The translations under genes and the position numbers were made by a program. A DNA stretch of 64,000 bases from Magallana gigas (taxonomy: Eukaryota), in NCBI RefSeq assembly GCF_963853765.1, contig NC_088861.1, positions 2,604,001-2,668,000 on the forward strand, given 5' to 3'. The stretch's first letter is position 1, and each line of letters begins with the position of its first letter. Shown here piece by piece: positions 14,085-25,021 of this stretch. Under the pieces are notes generated by a model. The model had not been told where the DNA came from. It saw only the letters and a list, made by a program, of their open reading frames with translations, and made no database searches.

Positions 14085-17000
14085 TCACCTGCCATGCCTC
14101 CAGTGAAAAAGGAACTCCAAACACTGCACATCAAGTCGTAATGTTTCCTGGTCAGCAACTGTTGCCTTGACCTCAAGGGGAGTGTCATTTCCTTGTGTGT
14201 CCCTTTTAAATACAACGTAAGTTGTGAGAATTATTCAATCTAATTCATTCAGTCTAATATGCTTGGGTAGTGATGGTAAAAGCTGCTATTAAATAGTCTT
14301 AAAATTTTAATCAAAATGAATTCTTTGATCATTCATATGTGTACATTACTAAATCTCTTCAGTATTAATGAAAATCTTTAACAACAAAATTGCTTCTTTA
14401 CTACATACACAAACATTGATGAAGACCATCAATATTGCATGAGGTTGATAAATACTGAGAGTTAAAATAGTTTAATGCTGGCCAGAATTGATAAACGGCA
14501 CTCACTTTATGGCTGCCTTTTTTCGTTTAATCACCCCTGCCATCTGGAAACTGTCCCCCTGTATGTCCAGTTGTCTCCCCTTGCACCACATCACGGCGGC
14601 TTCCTTTTGTCTGTCTAATCTCCACAGAACCACCACACAATTGTACAGGGTTGTCAGGTTTTCTGGAGAAAGCAACAAATTGGTTATATATGGGTACTGA
14701 TAGGCATCAACTATCTACAATTTCGAAAGGATGTTTGGTTGCTGGTACATGTATTTTCAATTTTCAAAAACTAATACCCGGTAAGTCATAGTCATTAGTC
14801 ATTTGATGAGAGGTTTTGCATTGTTTCTAACAATTTTAAATTCATGTTGTTGTAAACTTTGTTGAAACCATCATTTTTCAGACCGAGTTTAAATACATGT
14901 AACATAAAAAAAGCTGTAAAAATCAAAAACTTTCCCTTTAAAATGCTTTCTGCAAGAGTCCTTTAAGCAATGAGGAATAAAGTTTCATCTATAGGGAAAC
15001 AGCATTAATAATTCTGATGGGATTCATAAGACTCTTCAGATGGGTAAAACGGCTGATGTTACCATAATTGAAATCTAACCTTTTTCCATCTGAAGGCTCA
15101 TTCGGAGAAAGTGTAGGGCATCCGTGAGCTTGTTTTGCCGACCAAGGCGGATTCCCAAACAAAGGTAGACATGTGATGCCTGGTGACCTACTTCTCTCCA
15201 AAATGAGACAGAACCTGGGGAACAGGTCCCAGGGTTGGCAGCACCATCAGAACTTAGTCTCTGTCTCTTGGACTCTTGTGAGGAGGACTCTGAAGAGGAG
15301 CAGGTATTTCTAAGTGTCTCTAGCACACTACAAGAATTATAAATAAAGCCCATAACAAATTAAAATTACAAACATAAAATCCAAATTAAAATCAAATTAA
15401 ACAACTAGATACTGGTATTCTTATGTGCTAACATCTACACTTTATTGTGACTTACATATCCAAACTTTCAATGGCCTCTTCGATTTTGTTGAGACAGACC
15501 TGAGCCTCAGCTTTATACAGGTGAACAAAAACCATCTCCATCTGTCCTTCATTCCTAGGGTCAGATTTCTCCTCCGATGATGCCAACCTTTTCCTTTTTC
15601 CCTGGGAACATGAGACTTTACACTCTTCTATGGATGTCTCCTGAGAGGAACGGTTTCCGAATGCAAATGACCCCATACAAGCTCTAGCTTGTGTAGAAGT
15701 CTCCTGAGAATGAGTGGGTTCCTGAGAATGCTGGGAAAGGATGCTTGAAAGGTCAAGGACACTTGTTGGTTGGCATGACAACACACGTTCACACAAGACT
15801 TCACACTGATGATATTTCTTAGCTTTCAATAAGGAGACTATTGTAGACCTATAGATGTCAGATATGGATGGTATGTTTAACATTTCACAGCCTCTCATCT
15901 GAAACAAATATGGACTTTTATTATGAAAAAAATTTCTCAACAACTGAGACACATCTGGCATTGTCAATTTGCGGCAGTAAATTAGCCTCGTTCATCACAT
16001 TAATTTTAGAATTATATGATGTTTCACCTTGAGATTTTGTGTATGAACATTAATGTAAAATACACACATCAAGCTTTATAAATAATTATGGTTATTGGAA
16101 CTGTTTTTAGGACAAATTTGTATTAGCTAGTTTGTATGCTATGAGCATAGCTTGATATTAACAAATGTATACTTGGTATATATAATAAAGAACTGAATTG
16201 ACACAAATATAGCTTTGGACACAGACTGATGAAAACCTGAAGGTCAAAAATGAAGTAGACAAATTAGATCAACTTTTTTACATTTCAAAGATATCAAGTA
16301 ACATGTTTCATGTCGAAAAAGTATATTGCGTGTTCTGTATTCATTGTGTTCTTGGGGAATTCTTGCTTACCTTTTCAAATGTATTGTTATTTATCAATGA
16401 TATCAGATGAATATATTTCTCAGCAGCAATGTCATATCTGAAACATTAAGCATTAAACCATGTCAAGTGCAACAAGAAAAAGCAACAACAACCCTTCCCT
16501 CTTTTTTAAACATCAAAGGAGTGTCATGCTCCATAAACTGTGTGTGCATTTGTAGGACAACTATATGTCAACACTTATATGACCTTGAAGAGAAGTGCGG
16601 GTTTCTTGCATTGTTATTATATACACTGCTGTGTGTATTTCAAGAAAGATCATGCAAGGAAAAGAGAGTTCCATGAATATTGGATATATAACCCCACCCA
16701 GACACCAGTACTCTGTATAAAGCTTATCTTCCATTCCCTCAACACAAATATGCATTGTAAGGAATTCATTCCACAACAGTGTACAAGTGGTTATGAGGAA
16801 TCCTGAACACACTATCAATCTAAAACTCTTTCTTATATAATCCTTTTAAAAGATAAAGATCAATATGCAACAGCAAACTAAATGACATTCAAAATTGAAA
16901 TGGAAGAAATTTAAATCACCAGGGTGAAAAATTTGTCATTTGGTGCGAAAAGTGTGAAAGCTTTAGAGTTGACAGAGTTGTCTTACTTGTGATGGATTTC

Positions 17001-20000
17001 ACAGGCCTGGGCGAGATAAAACAGCGCCTGTGTTAAACCTATATCCTTGTTTACTACGTGCTGAAAGAAGATGCTTTCTGAAGACTCTGGTTTCATCTCT
17101 CTATTTTCTATGGCCTAAATAAATTTCAAAAATCCATAGAAAAAAAAATGTCATTTAATCCAGTAATGCAGGTGTCAAATTCAAAGAAATTCTCAGATTC
17201 AACCTTGGTGAAAGAAATTTTAAGGTAAGTCACATGACTGACATTTCAAATTACCAAATTATTTTTAATTTCTACACCAGAGTATTAGGCTCACACATGC
17301 CACTTTTGTACATTACATTAGAAGACTTTTAAATCATACTGAAGTTTAAGTTTTCCTTATTAAGACTTATATCCTAGAACTAATTTTTCTTCAGAGATAT
17401 CAAGTGTTAAAAAAATATAAAAGAAAAATACAGCAATAGATTTAAAAAAAGGGACAACAATAGAGTTTATAAATGACAGGAAATATTTTGATTGATTAAG
17501 TGCAAATGTTGAGAGAGACAGATTGACTGAGAGAGAAACAAAAAATGAGAGAAAACAAGAGAAAGAGAAAACAAGAGAGAGAAAGAGAGAGCTCTACAGT
17601 ACATTAATTTGATGAGTTAGTTATAAGCCAATCTTTACCGTAACAAGAAGGTTGAGTGCTTCTAACTCTGCCTCCATCAGACCTAGTTGTCTGTACTGGG
17701 TAGCTATGTTATACAGCGGTAAAAGGTAGGAAAAATCGGCATCTAATGCTTCCCTGAATTTCTGTATGGCACTGTGCGGCTTGTTCTGAATATCAAGTCA
17801 AACATGTTTTATGTAGGCATTTTTTGTCTATATAATTTTCTCTACTATATTGTGTTTATATCGAAAACAGTGAAAATAGCAACTGTTTATACTGTTATGT
17901 CCTTTGACGTTGATTAAAAATAAATAAAAAGAAGAGTCAAACATGTTAAATCAAGGATAAAATACATGTATATCCAATATCATATATGTGTACCAATAGA
18001 AAATGACAACATGACAAATTTGATGGTCATTTCTGAATTTCATTCATTGGGGCTGGCAGTCAAACTTGCCTACCAGTATTTGAAAACTTGCTTAGATTAA
18101 ATGTAAGAAGGATACATCTATTCTGTGATTTTACTATAACAAAGACAGATATTGCCTCCCTTGTGGTGTAAATTATAATCCACTGGTTTGCCCCTTGTAT
18201 GAATGCAATATACATGTATCTGACACTTTTACCTTGAATTAAAAATTCTATGAATCCATCTTTAGTTCGGATATACCGTACTTGTTTAATTATCCTTTCA
18301 ATATTGACTTGGCAATTATGGTATGTTTAAATGATTAACAAAGTTGGCATACCAGTTGTGAAAGACACTTCCCAAATAGGTCGCAGTGTAGAGCTGTTAG
18401 CCTTTTGGTCATTTTGAAAGGAAGAGCAGTTGTTGCAGACAAAATAATGATGGCCTCCATGTAACGCTCCGCCTTGTACTCTAAATGTGCTGCAGAGTGG
18501 GTGTATATACATATGAATAATTATAATAAAGTGTCATAATAGATACATCAATGTAAAGTCATTGAAACCCGTGGCCAGTTTCATAAAAACTTTCTGACCC
18601 TGGGCCAACTCATTGATATTTAATATCATTATGAATGAAATTTGTTTTTTGATTCACAAACTTAATAAGAATGCAAAACTTTTGATGAATGAAACTGAAG
18701 GCCATGTTATAAAAACAAGCTGCTGCTTACATATGCTGCTTTGCATTATCACAATTAGCATTTACCACAATTGGTGAGATTTCCTTCATGAAAGTTACAA
18801 TGTACCTAATTACAATTTTTATAAACTTTCTCTGTCATACCTTCCATCAATTTAGTGTAGGGCAGCCATGCTTGAGTTTTCAGTTTCTGTAGATGGCCTT
18901 GACATTTGTCAGACTCCACTGGAAACAAACACAAAGCAGAGAGCAAGTGCACTTCCTCTACAACACTGGCGTCTGGGGAACAGGCCTCACCCCCCAGCAA
19001 ACATACCTCAAGGGGCAGAAGCAAGCCTGACACAGGTTCCTCCTGGATTTAAATAAAACATTTGCTTTTTTTTCTTACATGTATGTATAAAAGCTTTCTT
19101 TAAAAGCTGGTGGATTTCGAGTGTTTTGAAAATGAATTCATAAACATTTCTTAAATGAAATGCTTTACCAGTGATATGTATAAATAATGTATTATATATA
19201 ATCACTAAATCACAGTCTTACAAGTATATTTAATATGCTGTTTTAGTTATATTCTTCATATTACTGAGATTGTTATTTTCCATTAACACACTCATTCTTT
19301 AAATGTCAATTACCTGATTTGTTGTTCTTGACTGTGCATCAACAAGAAACAAAATTTTGGAAGCTCTTTCTGGATTTTTGTTTAAGAGGAGAACAGCGGC
19401 CCATCTTAGACATGCCTCCAACAGAATGCTACCCAATGGTCCTGAAATATTACTACAGATTCAAAGAATGATACATACAGAATTCATTTACATTAATTGA
19501 TTTTTGTCTGCTTCATGTTTTTAGGTCTAGAAGCCTTCATAAAATTTGTTTAAATGTATTTTTAACCTGATCTTCAAAAAATTTATTCCATATACCTTGA
19601 AATGTATTATATCAAAGTTTATCACATGCACAAAATTTTACAAATAACTTTTAATAAGAATGTTTCTGGGGATCAAAAATAAAAAACATACATGTATTTG
19701 TGAAACTGCTGTACATAATGATTTTTATTGTATTATGTATGCTAAATAAACCTTCAGGCTTTCCCACTGTTCAGTGCTTTTAAAATAAAAAAAAAGAAGA
19801 CCCCATCTATCCACTTCCTCTTCAGTTAGCTTTACAGCCAAACAACAATCAAACACACTATTTACCACTAAGAGCAGAACTCATTAGATTCTCCATCAGA
19901 CCGTGGATCAAATTTCCTCTTTTTGTCTCGATGTCAGCTGTAGCACAGTGATCATTTCCTGTTACGAAACAAAAGTCTGAGGATGAAATTCTTTAATATG

Positions 20001-22237
20001 TCGAAATATAATGAATAAATTCATTATGATAAGAACAAATTGCTTGCTGTGTAATTTTGAAATAATTTTCATTTTTTTTTTAGAGCCAAAATTTTAAAAC
20101 GGGACTCCATGTAAATATGAAAAGTTTTAAAATAACCTTCTTTTTTTGTAAGATTCCAACATTTCTGGATGGATGGCAATAATAACACCTGAGACTGGTC
20201 AACAGGGCAAATGCCTTGAATAAGATGACAAGTGATGACATTGCAGACAACACACAATTCTGCTACTAGGATCTCTTCAGTAACTGGGATGCCTGGAATA
20301 AAAGAACAAATTTACATTTGTGTTTTATTTGAAAACTCTAAAAATATGCACAATTTAGATATAAATTGGTTCAAAATAGTTGCAACTGAAATCAATTTTT
20401 TGCAGGCATAATTAATTTTGTCTTAAATAAAGAATCATTCTTTGAGTATTATGAGGTGATAATTTTGGTCGGGGCGTGATCAAATCTATCATAAAGCCCT
20501 TTGGGCTTTATTGGATTTGATCACGCCCCGACCAAAATTATCACATCATAATATTCAAAAAATGATTCCTTATTACTTATATTTATATAATTTTAAACCA
20601 TCGTACGATTAGATATTCAAATATAAATAAGCAAACCCTGCTGGCGCCTCAATTTGGCTTTATGAGTTATATAGTATGTATTAAATCGATACGTAGTCTT
20701 ATCACAGGCAAAACCACTGGAAAATTTAAATAATATGGAAATACATACATCTTTTTTTCTGTAGCAGATGCATAAATTCATCTTCAACACTTTGGATTTT
20801 GTTTATTTCCCCTGACAGAAGACCCTGTAATTAGAAAATTAAAAAAAAGACAATATCAAAGACAAAACTATAAAGATATACCGTGGTTATCAGAATCATT
20901 TGAGGGTTTGACATTTTATATTGTGTGGCAGTTAGATAAGCAGGAATAATCATATAAACAATGAAAATATATAATAGAATCAAGAATTGGACCCAGGACC
21001 CTTGCAACTATAAACGGAGGTTTACCACTAAGCTACCCAGGCCATATGGTGATATCCAAGGTCCATATAGCCCAACCTTCTACATTTCTCTCCCTTTAAA
21101 TGGTCTTCAACCCTGAAAACACAACACAAGTTCACCTAATTGCCAGGACCTCTTAATTTTTCTTATATTGCCTAAACAAGAAAAGCCATGACACCATTTG
21201 TAGATGGGAAGGAGGAATGAGCATATAAATTAAAATAAACAATGAAATTCAGAAAATAAATGGCTGGACTGGATATTGAACCCTGGGGCCCAGTGTAACC
21301 TTATAGTCACAAGCTCTATACCACTAAGTTACCCAGGCTGATATCCACAGTATAACCCTTGCAACTACTAAAATTGTCTCCAATATAAAAATAAATTAAA
21401 ATTTTTAGTCATTTCAAATGTTGTACTATATGTAATGAACCATGGATTGGAGAAACAATGATAGACCAGACTGAGATTCTAACCTGGGCCCCCTGAATCT
21501 TTATTCCTTGAGGCAGGTGCTCTAGCAGGTCTACCCACTAAGCTACATGTCTGGCCCAGTATTCAAACCAATCTGAATGCCCCTTAAATAATCTTTGTCC
21601 ACAAAGAATACCCCAGGCCCTTTCCCCGGCAGGAGTTAACTAAACATAATGGGATGGGATAAAAAATGGTGGACCAGACTGTGACTTGAATCCGGCCCTC
21701 ACTTTCTTATCAGTTGCTCTACCCACTGAGGTATCTGGCACCAGTGTTCTACTGTCAGAACTAGTAGCTCAATTACATTTACTTTATATCCCAGATATTA
21801 GCTAGGCCAAAATTAAAAATTAATTTGTTTGATGTACTCAACCAATCAAAATGACCCCTAGCTATCCTATATTTTTTTTCAGCATTTTGAATTTGAGTTT
21901 ATTTTAATTGTTTGTCCATGTCAGATATCAAAAACCCTTTAACAGTTATACAGCTATAATTCAGATGACATGTTTCAATTTTGCCTCCCCTCTGAAACAC
22001 CTAACTACAGCAATAGGTTCTTATGAAATTTAATGCTAAACAATCTCAATTTTACTTAATTTATCGATAATAAACAGATGTTAATTCTGATACCAGAGAA
22101 ATTTCCACTGTGTTCAAATTGTTTTGCCACAAATAATTCTCCAATACAGATGACTTCGAAATAGTTTTTAAAATATTCAAGCATCGTGTATATCTTTGGG
22201 TTTTGAACAAGCTGAATATCTCCTCCATTTCTCTCAT
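14085..22237 (-). CDS. FANCG: Fanconi anemia group G-like TPR protein, 14 coding exons, ~747 aa
   Basis: Exons 22237-22094, 20824-20749, 20292-20137, 19958-19866, 19441-19314, 19042-18841, 18489-18353, 17785-17639, 17114-16987, 16437-16371, 15898-15456, 15327-15080, 14662-14506, 14202-14085. All are GT-AG with consistent phases (2244 nt). TPR segments LFGKCLSQLNKPHSAIQKFREAL...YRQLGLMEAELEALNLLVTAI and SLQMEKENLTTLYNCVVVLWRLDRQKEAAVMW resemble vertebrate FANCG ([21 protein letters not shown]; SVQM...LKRLDRRDEATALW), recalled from memory. Confidence 0.82.
20428..20572. repeat. ~145-bp foldback palindrome (MITE-like) in FANCG intron 2
   Basis: Left arm ...gtgataattttggtcggggcgtgatcaaatc...ataaagccc, loop ttt, right arm gggctttat...gatttgatcacgccccgaccaaaattatcac. 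Confidence 0.9.
20981..21750 (-). mobile_element. Four decayed tRNA-derived SINE-like heads in FANCG intron 1
   Basis: The minus strand reads ggcctgggtagcttagtggta...gggtcctgggtccaattc (20981-21043), with related copies at ~21270-21340, ~21470-21560 and ~21675-21745. Each has A-box-like and B-box-like (GGTTCRA) motifs. Confidence 0.6.
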
Positions 22238-22548
22238 CTAGTCAGATACTGAATCAGAGACATAAATACTGCTATTTATGTCTCTGACTGAATGAATCAT
22301 TGGAGATCAACGTTTTCTGTTTAGATTTGCCGCCATTACAATCGCTTACAACATTACAAAGTAAATAAAGAATAGAAAATAAATCCTTAGCAGCTTTCAA
22401 AAACCAAGCAACTGCACATTGTTTCAAAATTATTTCACAATCCACTTGATTTATTTATGAAATGATACATATAAATCAATTTGATTTAGAAGATATCTCC
22501 ACAATCACCTAAGGGGCCAACTTTCATATTGTCCAAAACGGGAAAAAC

Positions 22549-22995
22549 ATGGCAAGTGATAGAGAGAAATTCTTGATTAGAAACACTCTAATTTCGCTTT
22601 TAAAAGCTGTAGAAGGAATGGTAACAACAGTAGAGTTAAGGAATGAAAACGCTGTCACTGGTCTGATTCAAAACGTTGATCCATTCATGAATATTGTCAT
22701 GGAAGATGTTGTGTTCAAGTCATACAGAGGAATTTCTCATAATTTTTCAAGCTTTTTTGTGCAAGGAATGAATATCAGATACGTTCATATCCCAGACGAA
22801 ATTGACATGAGAGCAGCGATTGATCAAGAAGTGAATAGAGAGTGGAGAATGAGAGATAAAATGACCCGTGAAATAAGAGACGCAGCTAGAAAACGAATTA
22901 CAAAGCGACAGCTGCAGGCAGATAAGGAGACAACTCTGAGGAGAAGACAAGCAGAACTCGAGGAGAAGAAGAAAATTAACCAAGAAGAGACTTGA
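22549..22995 (+). CDS. LSM10: U7 snRNA-associated Sm-like protein LSm10, single coding exon, 148 aa
   Basis: NTLISLLKAVEGMVTTVELRNENAVTGLIQNVDPFMNIVM...FFVQGMNIRYVHIPD matches the LSm10 Sm1/Sm2 motifs (human: [23 protein letters not shown]...DAFMNI...LFVTGRNVRYVHIPD). It has a basic, helical C-terminal extension. Confidence 0.95.
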   Translation: MASDREKFLIRNTLISLLKAVEGMVTTVELRNENAVTGLIQNVDPFMNIVMEDVVFKSYRGISHNFSSFFVQGMNIRYVHIPDEIDMRAAIDQEVNREWRMRDKMTREIRDAARKRITKRQLQADKETTLRRRQAELEEKKKINQEET

Positions 22996-23536
22996 GAAAT
23001 AATTTGACTCTTCTTGTTAACGGTTTGCTTTGATGCAAAGATCTTAGAGACAGAAATTGATATTCAATATTGAACTCGGGAGAAATGAAATCAGGGATAG
23101 TGCAGCTTAAAGAACCATTTGTACAATAATATCACATGAACTGTGTTGCATAATACATATAATTTGGTCAAGGGCAAATAGCATATCATTAACCTGGCTG
23201 TTATTTAACAGTAATTACTGTCGAGTTATGCGCTTATGGTTAATCCAGTTCACTGTTTGATGACAATTTTGATAATTATTCATTAATACAAAATAAATAT
23301 TAAACTCAAATTGATTAGTTTCCTTTTTGAGGTTTGAATTTTAAACGAGATCTGCTTCATGTTTTAATCCATATTCTTATTTCATGTTTTATAAATCTCT
23401 GTCCAAATGATGGACAAACAATTACTTTCAGCACATTCTAAAGTAAACTCTGTAGCACTGATAATTTTTTAGTGCATAAGTTACATTTGTGGGATTTTTA
23501 AAGGAGGCGATTCTTTTGTTATAGGAGAGGAGTAAT

Positions 23537-23612
23537 GACCACATTTTGACTTGAACTCGGGATCCTTCAGTTTAAAAACCAACGCTCTACCGACTGAGCT
23601 AAAGGGTTAACC
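23537..23612 (-). pseudogene. tRNA-Lys(TTT)-like pseudogene / SINE head, copy 1
   Basis: Minus strand: TAGCTCAGTCGGTAGAGCGTTGGTTTTTAAACTGAAGGATCCCGAGTTCAAGTC. A- and B-boxes are intact and it closely follows eukaryotic tRNA-Lys(UUU), but the acceptor and anticodon stems do not pair properly. Confidence 0.75.
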
Positions 23613-23791
23613 TACTAGCGAGTGTTACTGGAACGTGGCAGTAATGAGCTTTTATACACACACTATTACACTCTTCTGAGTTCCCCAATTCCTTTTTAGT
23701 TTTCTATCCCTTAGAAATCTCACAGGAGACTCTCTAGACCACTCCACATGGGTCATTTTTTTGGGCACCAATGTAACAGAAGAGGAGGAAT

Positions 23792-23868
23792 GACCACATT
23801 TTGACTTGAACTTGGGACCCTTCAGTTTAAAAACCAATGCTCTACCGACTGAGCTAAAGGGTTAACCC
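23792..23868 (-). pseudogene. tRNA-Lys(TTT)-like pseudogene / SINE head, copy 2
   Basis: Near-identical to copy 1 (TAGCTCAGTCGGTAGAGCATTGGTTTTTAAACTGAAGGGTCCCAAGTTCAAGTC), ~255 bp away in the same orientation. Confidence 0.75.
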
Positions 23869-25021
23869 ACTAGCCAGTGCTAGTAGGAGCATACCAGTAC
23901 TAAGCATTTATTTATAAATATTACACTTTTTTTAACATTATATTGGACAAAACATTATTCAGTTTTCCTCTTTACAATAAACTTTTAAATATTTCCGTAA
24001 ATTCATACAAATATATCTTTGTCAAGAATACCCAGGTAAACGTCAGATTAAAATACAGTATAAAGAAATTAATACTGAAGCCTAACACCATACTTTCATA
24101 ATTTAACTATTCCTTTGTATGCCTATTTCCTGTTCAATTGTTGGATAATTGATTTGCTTACAATATGCAACACGATAGAATAACAAGTAATAAAATCGTC
24201 ATGTTATTAAATATATTTATTTCGATTATATACATTTATAATCTCATGTGGTAACACAGCCTGCTTATAACGCAGAGGTAAAAGATATATGTATATATTG
24301 CATGATATATACGAAAGAAAGTTCTCAACTTTGCTCATCTATGACACAAACTCGAAATGGGTACAGATAACCAATATATGTTATACATAAACACTAACAC
24401 ACCTTATAGGTAATAAACATAGGAGCAACAATTGCAGGGATCATAAATACACAGAAAAAGGAAAATGTTTTACACAAACTGCTGTAACAATACAAATTGC
24501 ATAGATTTTCATTCATTTATTTGAGACAAGATATGTACCGGAACAAGAAAAAATAAAGCACTAAACTGGTGAGCCTTCCTTTTTAATAGATAAAATATAC
24601 ACATAAAAATATCAAATTGTATTACAAAATGATAATGAAAAGTAAGTCAATATGGAATTATTTGGTTTGTAGCAATAAAGCGGAAATACTAGTATCATAC
24701 AATAAATAAAAATCCACATACACATACCAGTATATTGCATGTTTATACAAGAATTTTATATATTTGAGAAAAAATCCTCATCCAAAAATATAAGACATTA
24801 TCTTTTAAGATGTAGCACATCATTTGTAGAGTACAACTCATAAGTCAGAATAAATTTCATATACACAATTAAAATACATTCATTCTCTTCATGTAAAATA
24901 GGAAAATAAAACATAAGCATATATATCATTAAATTTGATTATAATGTCTTTGGTGCATCAATAAATATAAAAACAAAATGTCAATTATCATGGTAGATAT
25001 TTTGTAGACCAATGACGTAGA

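Noticed and set aside
16407-16818. Several 85-89 aa ORFs in FANCG intron 9
   Set aside because: The FANCG phases close without them, they have no recognisable motifs, and they are likely chance ORFs.
22254-22309. SECIS or selenocysteine readthrough at the leader TGA
   Set aside because: The hairpin is a short perfect stem without the SECIS kink-turn quartet, and a second in-frame TAG blocks extension into FANCG.
22747-22983. Antisense ORF over LSM10
   Set aside because: Shadow frame of the real CDS.
23537-23868. Functional tRNA-Lys genes
   Set aside because: Acceptor and anticodon stems cannot pair; reported as pseudogene/SINE heads instead.
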